Shown here: piece by piece, positions 8,801-18,165 of the stretch
How positions within the stretch are numbered: position 1 is the first letter of the stretch
Layout: each line of letters opens with the position of its first letter
Source of the DNA: an archaeon 13_2_20CM_2_53_6
GTDB lineage: Archaea > Thermoproteota > Bathyarchaeia > 40CM-2-53-6
Direction: 5' to 3'
DNA length: 61,259 bases
Assembly (NCBI GenBank): GCA_001915065.1
Contig: MNDT01000020.1
Location: forward strand, 1 to 61,259
Notes under the pieces: generated by a model
What the model was told of the DNA's origin: nothing
Database searches by the model: none
The model's input: the letters and a program-made list of their open reading frames with translations, nothing else
Program-made: the position numbers and the translations under genes

Positions 8801-10686
8801 GCGTCACTCCTCCTCTATTGACAGCCAATTTCACCTACAGTCCATCCTCACCACAGGCCGGACAGCAGATCACATTCACAGCCTCAGAATTGGGAGGGAC
8901 AGCACCCTACTCCTTCAACTGGACGTTTGGTGACTTATCAAATGCTACAGGGTCAACGGCAGCTTACACATACTCATCGACAGGAAATTTCAGCGTCACA
9001 CTGACCATCAAGGATAGTGGCTCGTCACAGCAGACGGCCACCTCCTCCACAACAATAGATGTCTCTCCGACGCCTACTTCTACGGCTGTAGCTTGTCCAG
9101 GAACGGGCATCGTCAGTGTAAGCCTGATATGCAGTGTCACAGTCGCCGACACCGCGTTTGGGATTATCAGCATGCCAACCGGTTTCGTCTCGGTTAATTC
9201 GAGTATCGGTTGCTTCCTCTCTAGCGGCTTATGCACTGTGAACATAACCTCATCAGTCTCAGGTAGCCTCGACGTATCCGCAAGCTACGGAGGAGATGCC
9301 GGACATCTCGCCAGCATCAGTCCTCCCGTACTAGTAAGGATCAATAGTCGTGAGACTTCAATGGTGGTTACTTGTGCTCCGTCGACTCTGACGCTAGGCC
9401 AGGACACTACCTGTTCCGCTACTGTGACTGACACGTCGCCTGGTATGACTAATACCCCATCCGGCAACGTGACCTTCACTCCTATCGGCGTCTTTGCACT
9501 AACGGGCACTGGAGCTTCGGCCAGCTGCTCAACAAACATCGCTACAACTGCCGTAGGGAAGCTGTCGATCTCCGCCGCCTACCTCGGTGACTCGAATCAC
9601 AATGCCAGTTCGGGAATCACGACGGTCGATGTGCTCCCGCTTCCGCCACCACCCTTCGTGGCCGATCTTGCCTTCATTCCCAACAGCCCTGTAACGGGTC
9701 AAACGGTCAACTTCACAGCGACCGTTACCGGCGGATCGCCCCCCTACACCTACTCTTGGAGCTTCGGCGACGGCACCATAGACTCTGGAAGCCCTACCAG
9801 CCACACGTATGAAAACGTCAACACCTACTCCGTCGTCCTGATCGTGACGGACGCGAACCGAACAACCTTCTCTGACACTAAATTACTCGCCGTAAAAGTC
9901 ACACCAAATCCCCCCATTATCCTTACAGTTCCAAGCAACCAGTCGATCGATCACGGTTCGAATCTAACATTCAACGTGACAGCGGTGGAGGACTCGCCAC
10001 AGCAGATTAGCATATCATGTGTGTCCTGCCCTAGTCTAGGCGCGGATTTCACATTCAACAGCGGCCCCGGTGCCGCGTATGGAACGTTCAGCTGGACCCC
10101 TTCCGAAGCGCAAGCCCCGGGAATATACTTTGTAGTCTTGTCCTCAACGGATGGAACACAGATCGTAAACGCGACCGCTACAGTAACCGTCAACGAGTAT
10201 AACGTACCCCCGGTTTTACATGTCCCTGACACTCTTACCGTCCGGGACGGAGAGACCCTTCAGTTTACAGTGAACGCAACAGACTCTGATGCTCCATTCG
10301 AGAATGTCACTTTGACAGCCATCGGGCTTCCAGATGGCGCGTCGTTCGACCCCGAGACAGGGGTCTTCTACTGGCCCATCCAAGGAGTCCAGCCTGGCCC
10401 GTACACTCTCACTTTCACGGCCACGGATAATGGCGTTCCGGCTCTCCAAGATTCGCAGATCGTCGTAGTCCATGTGAATAATGGGAACGGCCGATGTTTC
10501 ATCTGCGAGATGTTTCTTGAATCGCAGCTGGGCGTGAACCCGAGCCCATTGATCCTCATCCTGCGGGCGATGGTTGCGTTGATGGGATTTCTCTCGGTAA
10601 TAACAATGAAATATTTGAAAGATCATGGACGAGAGAGGGTCAAACGCACGGTCCAACATTCTGGCGATGTCGAGAACGCATCATAA
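5812..10686 (+). CDS. Large membrane-anchored surface protein: phosphoesterase-like domain, 7 PKD domains, Ig-like and cadherin-like domains, C-terminal TM
   Basis: FDHIVMIAMEN and IWFDE motifs; repeated Y/FxWxFGDG; LPDGASFDPETGVFYW; in-frame CTG at 5812 completes a signal peptide (ORF track start 5869). Confidence 0.85.
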   Translation: MSKHTTRSLRALLLCTAVLMSATLAIQLLALPESTTGNGSSFNHSVLESSASTTVGFNCTDWNCNPSNGQSLTVAGNGTMEVRQTNTACGWNGTYYDSAVRGTPPPAQGGPQGTPLPPGLSTVSVQVKYLGSRSSSSSCEEYHLFVSMYFRLSQNVTLYCSEGGRTESSNYLDTQVRLDNVNGTDRPQLSSPAYCGSAVGAWGWSNNVLSLSPGQDGTLTANATTQCQQAEAAWGISGIPCTLTGIEIGTEGYGISSLDTNWYSVTYSLQSSAVPSGSSFDHIVMIAMENQYYSTVLGTGTGASCCPFLTSLLPYSATIPSFHNYGANDFSGDTISGCSAACYTAETSGGTYGVSDGLAGGSVSATNIFDRLTGAGLTWKGFCEDNCPRNADHFPLLQYADTYQSTCAAASSENCFLYTCTSCTAADVSDSQLIAELNSPSPANYIWFTPTDEHNMHNVPPSSGDAYLKQILVGTGTVSSPSPGSMLSTTAFTSGHTLLYIWFDEYDPSPNLLYEPGIVRSGFISTANNYDEYASLHTIENNWSLLGLNLDTNAPLISDIFSPTTSMSAAFTYTPPVPTAGTAVTFVASAIGGTPVYTYSWDFGDGTSGTGSSSTHAYSSAGSYNVLMTVKDNGSPQQTAPSQQTVTVTSPPPPLSASFTFSPSSPATEQQVTFTASSTGGTAPYSYSWSFGDGSIGTGSTSTHAYSSAGSFTVTLTVKDTGSPQQTVTSQKTVTVTSPPPTLTASFIYSPSSPQTGQQVTFTASAGGGTTPYSFSWSFGDGSTGTGASVTHAYSSAGSFTVTLTVKDSGSPQQTVTSQQTVSVSNPPPALTASITYSPSSPQAGQQVTFTASASGGTAPYSFTWDFGDGSTGTGSSAAHTYSSAGTFNVALTTRDSGSPQQTANSQQPVTVTITTLTASFSYDPSSPQVGQVVTFTASASGGTSPYAFSWNFGDGSTAVGSSATHAYSSPGSFNAVLIVNDSGVPNQTASSRQTVSVTPPLLTANFTYSPSSPQAGQQITFTASELGGTAPYSFNWTFGDLSNATGSTAAYTYSSTGNFSVTLTIKDSGSSQQTATSSTTIDVSPTPTSTAVACPGTGIVSVSLICSVTVADTAFGIISMPTGFVSVNSSIGCFLSSGLCTVNITSSVSGSLDVSASYGGDAGHLASISPPVLVRINSRETSMVVTCAPSTLTLGQDTTCSATVTDTSPGMTNTPSGNVTFTPIGVFALTGTGASASCSTNIATTAVGKLSISAAYLGDSNHNASSGITTVDVLPLPPPPFVADLAFIPNSPVTGQTVNFTATVTGGSPPYTYSWSFGDGTIDSGSPTSHTYENVNTYSVVLIVTDANRTTFSDTKLLAVKVTPNPPIILTVPSNQSIDHGSNLTFNVTAVEDSPQQISISCVSCPSLGADFTFNSGPGAAYGTFSWTPSEAQAPGIYFVVLSSTDGTQIVNATATVTVNEYNVPPVLHVPDTLTVRDGETLQFTVNATDSDAPFENVTLTAIGLPDGASFDPETGVFYWPIQGVQPGPYTLTFTATDNGVPALQDSQIVVVHVNNGNGRCFICEMFLESQLGVNPSPLILILRAMVALMGFLSVITMKYLKDHGRERVKRTVQHSGDVENAS
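7510..9065 (+). repeat. Six tandem PKD-domain repeats (258-264 bp period)
   Basis: LxASF/IxYSPSSP-type units start at 7774, 8038, 8302, 8560 and 8818, plus a first unit at ~7510. Confidence 0.85.
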
Positions 10687-10810
10687 GGCGGCCTCTCCCT
10701 TTCTAGGTTCCTCTAAAGTGCTCGTGATATGAGCGATTTCCGGGCCCTAGTCAGTCCTGTCTCCGACAGCAAGGAACCAGTCTGTACAATAGTCATACTT
10801 CTGAGAATAG

Positions 10811-11749
10811 TTGCCGCTAAACCCTTTTACCCGCGACCTCCAAACCTCGTCCGTCGCTGAATTGCAGATCCACCGGCCCAGCACTGTCAGTTCGTATTGG
10901 GAACTGATGAAGCCGAGAATTGTTCTCCTGCTGGACTTTACTGCTTTGGCTGCGTTTCTCGCCACGCCTTCAAGCATCGACATTCTTCGACTGGTGGCGG
11001 TCATTGCGGCGGGCACGCTTGCTTCAGGAGGAGCAGGGGCGCTCAATAGCTACCTCGACGAGGACATCGACAGGTCGATGGGACGAACCAGTCGTCGGCC
11101 CATCCCTCAGGGAGATATCTCCCCCTTCAAGGCGCTGATCTTTGGCCTCGCGTTGATAGGTGGAGGATTGGTTATATCTGCTCTCTATCTGCCGTTACTT
11201 GCAGGACTCTTCATTCTCCTAGGGGCCGCGATCTACGTCCTCTTCTACACGAAATACTTGAAGAGAAGAACCAGTCTCAACATCGTCTTGGGAGGCTCGG
11301 CCGGGAGCTGTGCGCCCTTGGCCGGGTGGGCCGCGGCAACGGGAAATCTCTCAAATGCTGCGCCGTGGTTGATGGCCCTACTCGTCTTCGTCTGGACCCC
11401 CAGCCACTTCTGGGCACTCGCTATGAGAGCGGTCAGCGATTACACCAGGGCTCGGATTCCCATGCTACCCGTGGTGGTTGGAGAAAAGAGGACAGCACAG
11501 TACATAGCGCTGAACACCTTTCTCCTCGTTCCGTTATCGCTGGCCTTGGTTTGGTTCGGCTTCGGTCTGCTCTATCTGGTCGTGGCCGGTCTTTTGGGAT
11601 TCGGGATGATAATGGTAGACGTGAAACTGGCAATGAATCCGACCAAAGCCCGGGCATGGACGGCGTTCAAGTTTTCCAGCCCGTACTTGGCCATTGTTTT
11701 TCTTGCTATGGCGCTTGATGTGAGGCTGCTCCCTCACTATCTTGTCTAG
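10811..11749 (+). CDS. cyoE: Protoheme IX farnesyltransferase (heme O synthase)
   Basis: LMKPRI, NSYLDEDIDRSMGRTSRRPIP, YTKYLKRRT, WTPSHFWALA, IPMLPVV. Confidence 0.95.
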   Translation: MPLNPFTRDLQTSSVAELQIHRPSTVSSYWELMKPRIVLLLDFTALAAFLATPSSIDILRLVAVIAAGTLASGGAGALNSYLDEDIDRSMGRTSRRPIPQGDISPFKALIFGLALIGGGLVISALYLPLLAGLFILLGAAIYVLFYTKYLKRRTSLNIVLGGSAGSCAPLAGWAAATGNLSNAAPWLMALLVFVWTPSHFWALAMRAVSDYTRARIPMLPVVVGEKRTAQYIALNTFLLVPLSLALVWFGFGLLYLVVAGLLGFGMIMVDVKLAMNPTKARAWTAFKFSSPYLAIVFLAMALDVRLLPHYLV

Positions 11750-11761
11750 CGGAGCATCGAG

Positions 11762-12364
11762 CTAGGATTTTGCAACTAGTCTCACGAAGTTCTGAATGAT
11801 TAACTGTCCGTGTGGATTCTTATCATCTGATCTCTCGGGATGAAACTGGAGCCCGTAGATCGGACGAGTCTCGTGGGCGATGGCTTCTACTCGCGAGGTG
11901 GACGATTCTGCGAGGTGGCGGAATCCCTTCGGGACATTCGAGAGGGCTTGTCGGTGAGACTCGGATACTTGGATGGTTTCAGGTAGCCCATCAAAGATAG
12001 GATCTTTGGCTAGCAATTTTACCTCCTTGAGAGCTCTGATGGTCTGGCCGAGGTCGTTAACCTCCGCGCCATAAGCGGCGCCTATGAGCTGGTGACCGAA
12101 GCAGATTCCGAGAAATGGAATGTCAAGTTTTCTGACAAGGTCCATCTCCTGCTGGAAGACTGTTTTGGTGTCAGACTTGGATAGCATGAAGTTGGAGCCA
12201 GTGAGAATCGCGAGGTCAGGGGATCTGTGAGTGACCATGTCTAGCAGGCCTCGCGACCTGTAGTCCAGCATCTCTACTCGTTGCCCAGTACATCTTGTCA
12301 GATTGTGAAGTGCCTGTCCCGCCTTTTCGTCTTCTTTGTAGTTATTGATGACAATGATTTTCAA
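11762..12364 (-). CDS. Class I glutamine amidotransferase (GMP synthase subunit A-like)
   Basis: GICFGHQ and QFHPE catalytic triad motifs. Confidence 0.85.
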   Translation of the reverse strand: MKIIVINNYKEDEKAGQALHNLTRCTGQRVEMLDYRSRGLLDMVTHRSPDLAILTGSNFMLSKSDTKTVFQQEMDLVRKLDIPFLGICFGHQLIGAAYGAEVNDLGQTIRALKEVKLLAKDPIFDGLPETIQVSESHRQALSNVPKGFRHLAESSTSRVEAIAHETRPIYGLQFHPERSDDKNPHGQLIIQNFVRLVAKS

Positions 12365-12373
12365 ACGGTGAAC

Positions 12374-13531
12374 TCACAGAGCCGCGAGAAGCTTGTCGAT
12401 TTCCTCTTCTGTATTGTAGTAGTGTGGCGAGACGCGTATAGCTTTGACTCTACTCGCGACGGTGATGTTTAGTGACTTTAGTTTGTTGAAGGTCGCTTGA
12501 GGGTCGGGGTCTTCGAAGACAACTATTCCGCTCCTGCGGTCAGACGCTAGTGGTGTGACTATTTTTCTTCCTTTCTTCTTCAGGCCCTCGATCAGGTGAT
12601 CGGTTATCTTGAGGACACGATGATACCTCTCCTGCTGGTCATGCTTGAGTGCATATTCTAGGGCGGCTTTAGCTCCGATGATGGAGATGACCCCCCAGCT
12701 TCCCCCTTCGAAGCGGGTCGCATCTTTGGCCGGTTCAACAACTTCGATGTTGAATGGTTTGCCGAACAAGTCTTGTTGCGTTGACAGTCTCCGGACTACC
12801 GAGTCTTCAACGCCATGCCAGCCGATATAGTTGGGGTCGAGATCGTTGAGCCGGTCGTTGCGAGTGTAGAGGAATGCCGCTCCGTGGGGTCCCTGCATCC
12901 ACTTGTACATTCCACAGACTAGCGCGTCCACGTCGTCCTGTCTGGCATTTATGGGGAAGACTCCCAACCCGTGGAACGAGTCTGCGATGATGAAGGCATT
13001 GTGTTCATGCGCGAGCTTTGCTATCTCGCGAACCTTCTCTCGACAGCCGTTCGTCCAGGAAACATAGTCGACTGAGACGATCGAGGTGTTGTCATCGATC
13101 GCTTTCTCCCAGTCGTGTAGCGGGATAATGCCGTTGCTGTCTTTGCGGAGGAGTCGGACTTCGCTCGCACGCCCGTGTCTCTTCTGGAGATGCCACATGT
13201 AGATGTTGGTGGGGAAATTCAGCTCGCTGATGACGATGTTGCCGTTGGGCTTGTATTTCATGCTGCTCGCCAGTGCTGTCAATGCAGAGGTGACGTTCGG
13301 CACGCTAGCCACCTCGTCCAAGCCGGCCCCGATCATCTTTCCGAAGAGTCTACGGGACTCGATTATCATGGGAAGCCATTCTTCCCAGTTCTCACCGTAG
13401 TCACGCCAGTCGGTCATGTATTCGTGAATGGAGTCGAGGACATGAATCGAGGGAGGGCCAGTCCCGGCATTGTCGAAGTATGCGCGTCGAGAAGTTACCG
13501 GGATCTCCTTCCTAACCAAGTCGATATTCAA
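12374..13531 (-). CDS. Class V PLP-dependent enzyme (aminotransferase/lyase)
   Basis: YFDNAG, YKWMQGPHG (PLP Lys), IRVSPHYYN; start moved to TTG 13531 to avoid overlap with the GTPase. Confidence 0.85.
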   Translation of the reverse strand: MNIDLVRKEIPVTSRRAYFDNAGTGPPSIHVLDSIHEYMTDWRDYGENWEEWLPMIIESRRLFGKMIGAGLDEVASVPNVTSALTALASSMKYKPNGNIVISELNFPTNIYMWHLQKRHGRASEVRLLRKDSNGIIPLHDWEKAIDDNTSIVSVDYVSWTNGCREKVREIAKLAHEHNAFIIADSFHGLGVFPINARQDDVDALVCGMYKWMQGPHGAAFLYTRNDRLNDLDPNYIGWHGVEDSVVRRLSTQQDLFGKPFNIEVVEPAKDATRFEGGSWGVISIIGAKAALEYALKHDQQERYHRVLKITDHLIEGLKKKGRKIVTPLASDRRSGIVVFEDPDPQATFNKLKSLNITVASRVKAIRVSPHYYNTEEEIDKLLAAL

Positions 13532-13700
13532 ATGAACACCAGATGCAGGATTATCGGATAATTTCGAGTCACGGGTATAAAGAGAGTGCTCGCGGATTAT
13601 CATTCGGTTGCCAATATCTAGGCTTCTCTTCGAGCTTCCTATTCGAAACGTAAGGTTCACAATGTCCTGAGCCTCTCGATGACACAACTGGAGGGACGGG

Positions 13701-14789
13701 ATGGGTCTTCCTGAGAAGATTAAGCAGATCGAGGAGGAGATGAAGAAGACCCAGATCCACAAGCATACAGAGCATCATATCGGGCTCCTCAAGGCCAAGC
13801 TTGCGCGGCTGAGAGCGGAGCTGGAAGCGTCCACCAGCAAGGGTGGTGGACCTGCCTTCGAGATTCGGAAGGGAGGCGACGCTACAGTTGTTCTGATCGG
13901 TCTGCCAAGCGTCGGAAAGTCTACGATTCTGAACAGGCTGACGAACGCGAAGTCGAAAGTGGCAGCGTACGCGTTCACGACGCTAACCGTTGTTCCGGGA
14001 ATACTCCGTTACAACGGCGCTGACATTCAGATACTCGACCTGCCTGGAATCATCAGCGGCGCCTCGTCGGGAAAGGGTCGAGGGAGAAGGGTTCTCTCGG
14101 TAGCTCGGAACGCAGACCTTGCCATGCTGATCCTCGACGTTTTCCAGCCGGGTCAGCTCGACCTCTTGAAGCACGAGCTCAATGAGATGGGCATACGAGT
14201 CAACCAGAAGCCACCGGATGTCGTGATCACAAGGTCGAACAAGGGAGGGCTGGCCGTCACGTCGAGCGTCAAACTCACCAAGCTCTCCCTTGCAACTGTC
14301 AAGGGAATCGCCGATGCCTATGGCGTTAGCAACGGCAGCATTCTGATCCGTGAAGACATCAACGACGACCAACTTATCGACATATTGACCGGAAACAGAA
14401 GATACGTACCCGCGCTCGTCGTCCTCAACAAGGTAGACCTTGTCAACGAGCAGTATCTCGCGGCGGTGAAGAAACAGGTTGGAACCAGCTTCGTGCCCGT
14501 GTCTGCGGAGAAGGGGTTGAACATGGATGTGCTCGCGGACCGGTTATGGGAGACTCTGAATTTCATCCGTATCTATCTGAAGCGGCCTGATGGAGAGGCT
14601 GACTTCGAGAAGCCTCTCATCCTCCCCGCAGGCTCCAGTCTTAGAGATGTCTGCAAGAAGATCCACCCTCGATTCGTTGAAGGGGCCAAGTACGCGTTCG
14701 TAACCGGGTCCAGCGTAAAATTTGAAGGTCAGAGGGTCAGCCTAGACCACGTTCCCGCAGACAAGGACGTCGTGACGATAATGCGATAG
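13701..14789 (+). CDS. DRG/Rbg1-family GTPase (OBG family, TGS domain)
   Basis: TQIHKHTEHHIGLLKAKLA, GLPSVGKS, FTT, DLPG, NKVD. Confidence 0.95.
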   Translation: MGLPEKIKQIEEEMKKTQIHKHTEHHIGLLKAKLARLRAELEASTSKGGGPAFEIRKGGDATVVLIGLPSVGKSTILNRLTNAKSKVAAYAFTTLTVVPGILRYNGADIQILDLPGIISGASSGKGRGRRVLSVARNADLAMLILDVFQPGQLDLLKHELNEMGIRVNQKPPDVVITRSNKGGLAVTSSVKLTKLSLATVKGIADAYGVSNGSILIREDINDDQLIDILTGNRRYVPALVVLNKVDLVNEQYLAAVKKQVGTSFVPVSAEKGLNMDVLADRLWETLNFIRIYLKRPDGEADFEKPLILPAGSSLRDVCKKIHPRFVEGAKYAFVTGSSVKFEGQRVSLDHVPADKDVVTIMR

Positions 14790-15062
14790 CGCTAGGTTGG
14801 GCAGGTGGATGCCCATCGTCGGAGCTAGCGTCGGGTTCGATTCCATCACGACTTCTTATTCATATTGAACATCTATGGCGTGGACCAATTTCGTGACACT
14901 TAATATCAGAATTCTACGGGTCGTTCTGTCGACGAGAGTCTCAATCACTCTCTTCGCGCAGCCAGGCGGGTGCTCTCCAGAGAGCCTCAGAACACCGATT
15001 TCTCGAGCTTAGCAACTCAATAGTTCTATCGTCTTTTCTCCGCTTTCGAAGTGAATGGGTAT

Positions 15063-15818
15063 TCAGATCATTTTGAAGTCTGTCTGTGGAATGTCCGCTC
15101 TGACTACGCTTCCACTACTGCCGTCAATAATTGCATTGAAGTTTTTCCCCTTGTACTCGTACTGTATGAACCAGAGTGGTGCGTGCAGGTAGGTCGGCTT
15201 CTCCACGTCGAATGTCGTGTCGAACTTTGTCACCTGGTCTACTTCCTGTTTCAGAAGGAATCGTTGGTTGTCTTCAACCTCGTCCTTTGCATGAGCAATT
15301 GCCTCAGAGCTGTCCAGTTCGCTGTTCAGAAAATTGGCCTGGGGTTCCACCTTCGTGAAGTCAAACGGTATCTTACCTTCAGAGGGAACCTTGTAGTCTC
15401 TCGTCGGAAACTCTGCGGCCTTTCGTCCCAGTACCAGCCAGTCGTAGTCGTTCTGGATCGTCCCCTTTCTCTGGGTTGGGGGAGAGATTCTTTCCAATAA
15501 TCCCTCGTAGGTGCTGGTCGCGGTCAGGGGAACTAGCCAGAAAGGCAGGTATCTCAGCTCTAGCGTAGTGATCCGGCTCTTCTTCGCCAAGTCTCTAGGC
15601 TTCATGAACCCTGACCTCATCCATTCTTGGAGGTCCTGAGTTATTCTAGTGCTGTCAAGCTCGTTGAGTATGAGGCTGTGTTCCAGCTGGAATGGAGTGT
15701 TGGCTCCAACTACCGACGTGTAGCCGCAGTATCTGCATGTAGCTACAAGCTCCCCAGGGGAGAGCTTGAGGGGGGCTCCGCAGTTGGGGCACTCGATCTC
15801 TGAGACGATCCGGGACAT
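15063..15818 (-). CDS. Zinc-ribbon protein, YdjG-like
   Basis: CPNCG...CRYCG; YLPFW; PLWFIQYEYKG...IDGSSG. Confidence 0.65.
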   Translation of the reverse strand: MSRIVSEIECPNCGAPLKLSPGELVATCRYCGYTSVVGANTPFQLEHSLILNELDSTRITQDLQEWMRSGFMKPRDLAKKSRITTLELRYLPFWLVPLTATSTYEGLLERISPPTQRKGTIQNDYDWLVLGRKAAEFPTRDYKVPSEGKIPFDFTKVEPQANFLNSELDSSEAIAHAKDEVEDNQRFLLKQEVDQVTKFDTTFDVEKPTYLHAPLWFIQYEYKGKNFNAIIDGSSGSVVRADIPQTDFKMI

Positions 15819-15892
15819 GACGCGTTCTCTCCTCGTCCTAGGATAGAATTAAAGAAGGGCCGAATTAAGTTCTCTAGGATCAGGAATGGATC

Positions 15893-16939
15893 ATGGCCGG
15901 ACTAGGCGCTTTGAAGCGTACGATGAGCTTCACGATCATCCTAGTCTTCGCCATATTCCTCGGGCTGATCTTCGTTGTCTCCTTCTTCTTTTTGGACCCT
16001 TTTCAGGGGCTGGTTCTTGCCATCGTGGGTTCCGTTTTCATAATACTGTTCCAGTACGCTATAGGACCCGTCATTGTTAGAGCTACCAGCCGGCTCCACT
16101 ATTTAGCCCCCGGCGAGAACCAGTGGCTGGAATCAAAGGTCGCCCAGCTAGCGTCACAGTCGAATATTCCCGTGCCTCGGATCGCGATATCGCCTGATCC
16201 AACGCCCAACGCTTTCGTCTTCGGTCGGACTAGTAAGGGCGCAACCCTGGCAGTTCATCAGGGACTGTTACAGCGTTTGAACGAGGATGAGATAGAAGGC
16301 GTGATCGGCCACGAGCTCGGCCATGTGAAGCATCGCGATTTTATCGTTGTCACTATGATCTCGGCGATTCCCCTTGTTGCGTATCTGATCGCCCGGGCTG
16401 TTCTCTGGGGAGGCTATGCCAGCGGTTCTAGCAGGCGTGGCTCCGGCAAGGACAATAGCGCTGGCGCGCTGATCATCATCGCAGTCGCGGCCTATCTTGT
16501 CTACATCTTGACAACTCTGCTAGCTCTCAGGCTTACGCGTCTCCGAGAGAGCTACGCGGACGCCTACTCCGCATTTCTAACCCAGAGACCGAGAGAGCTT
16601 GAGAGTGCGCTGACAAAGATCGCCTATGGCCTATCTATCGCGCCGGGCGAGCCTAATGGTGCCCGTGCCTTCTTCATCGAGGATCCTGCTCAGGCGAAAC
16701 ATGATGTGGCACGGATAATTGATCAGAAGTCGAAGTATGATCTTGACCATGACGGTGTCCTGAGCGAACGGGAGCTGGAGTTGGCTATGGAGGCCGACGC
16801 CAAGTCAAACTGGAGGAAGGCGGCTGAGCTGTTCATGACCCATCCGCCAACCTACAAGAGGATTCTCATGCTGAGGGAGATCGAGCAGGATATGAATACT
16901 GGAAACTTCCAGCAGTCAAACATCTACAAGCACGTCTGA
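15893..16939 (+). CDS. htpX: Zinc metalloprotease HtpX (M48) with EF-hand-like insertion
   Basis: PNAFVFG, HELGH, RESYAD, THPP..KRI; DLDHDGVLSERE loop. Confidence 0.92.
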   Translation: MAGLGALKRTMSFTIILVFAIFLGLIFVVSFFFLDPFQGLVLAIVGSVFIILFQYAIGPVIVRATSRLHYLAPGENQWLESKVAQLASQSNIPVPRIAISPDPTPNAFVFGRTSKGATLAVHQGLLQRLNEDEIEGVIGHELGHVKHRDFIVVTMISAIPLVAYLIARAVLWGGYASGSSRRGSGKDNSAGALIIIAVAAYLVYILTTLLALRLTRLRESYADAYSAFLTQRPRELESALTKIAYGLSIAPGEPNGARAFFIEDPAQAKHDVARIIDQKSKYDLDHDGVLSERELELAMEADAKSNWRKAAELFMTHPPTYKRILMLREIEQDMNTGNFQQSNIYKHV

Positions 16940-17012
16940 CTTGGGCCTTCGCCAGCCGTCCGAGTGCAATAGGACTATAAACAGGGAAGGTCCGAGATTT
17001 ATCGAGTCTGCA

Positions 17013-17393
17013 ATGAATCGTCTTCCTTGGGCGCCTCTTAACGCTGGCGTCTTCCTGATAATCTTCGGAGGACTGATCCTCGTCTCATTCTTCAACTTCG
17101 CCGGAATCAACCTTTTCACGGTCTTCCCTCTCATCTTCGCCGTTTTTGGAGCATGGCTCGTCGTCGAAGCCTTTGTCATCCCGCCCGCCGATGCATACGC
17201 GCCTCCCAAGATCATGATTGTCGGCTGGGGCGCACTCATCTCTGGTCTCGGTATTCTCTGGTACATTGGAGCGACAGCCGGGCCACTCTTGCCATTGGCG
17301 TTCGCGGTGATGCTGGTCATAGCTGGAATAGCCGCTGTAGGCTACAGCTTCGCGAAGGCTGGTCCAAGTACTCCAAAGACTTCCACGTCCTAG
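17013..17393 (+). CDS. Small 4-TM membrane protein
   Basis: Four hydrophobic segments; in-frame ATG at 17013. Confidence 0.7.
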   Translation: MNRLPWAPLNAGVFLIIFGGLILVSFFNFAGINLFTVFPLIFAVFGAWLVVEAFVIPPADAYAPPKIMIVGWGALISGLGILWYIGATAGPLLPLAFAVMLVIAGIAAVGYSFAKAGPSTPKTSTS

Positions 17394-17396
17394 CCC

Positions 17397-18107
17397 GTGT
17401 TTGACGCAAAGGCCCGGTATGTCCGGAGCCTCTTCTCAAGGGTCCCGCTGGAATATGACATTCTTCTGGGCCTGCTATCTTTCGCTCAAGACCGGCGATG
17501 GCGGGGCTACGTTGTAGGACGAGCCAGACCGTCAGAAGGCGGGCGAGTTCTCGATGTGGCCACTGGGACTGGACTGTTGGCAGCTGATTTCGCCCGGACA
17601 CTCTCCGGATACGGTTACGTTGTAGGTGTCGACCTTACTCTATCGATGCTGAAAACTGCTCGATGGCGGTTGAACTCGAAAGGACTGGGACACAGAGTGG
17701 ACTGGGTGCTGGCCAGGGCTGAGAATCTTCCATTTCGCGACGAGAGTTTTGGTGGCGCATCCATCAGCCTTGCGCTCAGAAATGTTTCCGATGCTCAGAA
17801 AACTTTCGGAGAAATGACCAGAACTACTGGACTAGGAGGGACAGTGATATCACTGGACTTTGCCCGTCCGCCGAATCGTCTCTTCCAAATCTTCTACTAC
17901 GACTATCTGCTCGGACTATTCCCACTCTTCGGCCGCATGGTCTCGGAGGACTGGGGACGAACATTATCCTATCTAGGACGGTCCATACTGCGTGCTCGAA
18001 CCGGGAAACAGATCGCTGGCCTCCTGAGCCGGGAGGGACTGGCTGATGCAAGCTCGGTCCCGTTGACTGCTGGAATCGTCTGCGCCGTCTACGGAAAGAA
18101 GCGATAA
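17397..18107 (+). CDS. UbiE/MenG quinone methyltransferase family
   Basis: LFSRVPLEYD, QDRRWR, VLDVATGTG, AENLPF, ALRNV. Confidence 0.85.
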   Translation: MFDAKARYVRSLFSRVPLEYDILLGLLSFAQDRRWRGYVVGRARPSEGGRVLDVATGTGLLAADFARTLSGYGYVVGVDLTLSMLKTARWRLNSKGLGHRVDWVLARAENLPFRDESFGGASISLALRNVSDAQKTFGEMTRTTGLGGTVISLDFARPPNRLFQIFYYDYLLGLFPLFGRMVSEDWGRTLSYLGRSILRARTGKQIAGLLSREGLADASSVPLTAGIVCAVYGKKR

Positions 18108-18165
18108 CGTCGAGCGCGCTTGCGAACCGGCTCAGAATATTACAAAATCACACGACCGGGACTGG

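Noticed and set aside
7510-9065. CRISPR-like or mobile repeats
   Set aside because: Repeats are in-frame PKD domains; the NHL repeats at ~25.1-26.8 kb are likewise coding
13532-13762. N-terminal extensions in the ORF track (also 3433, 16941, 28575, 31373, 33859, 36739, 57061, 60881)
   Set aside because: They overlap neighbours or promoters and lack family similarity; downstream starts fit better
14800-14860. GGTTCGATTCC T-loop-like word suggesting a tRNA
   Set aside because: T-stem pairs for only 2 bp; no acceptor or anticodon stem
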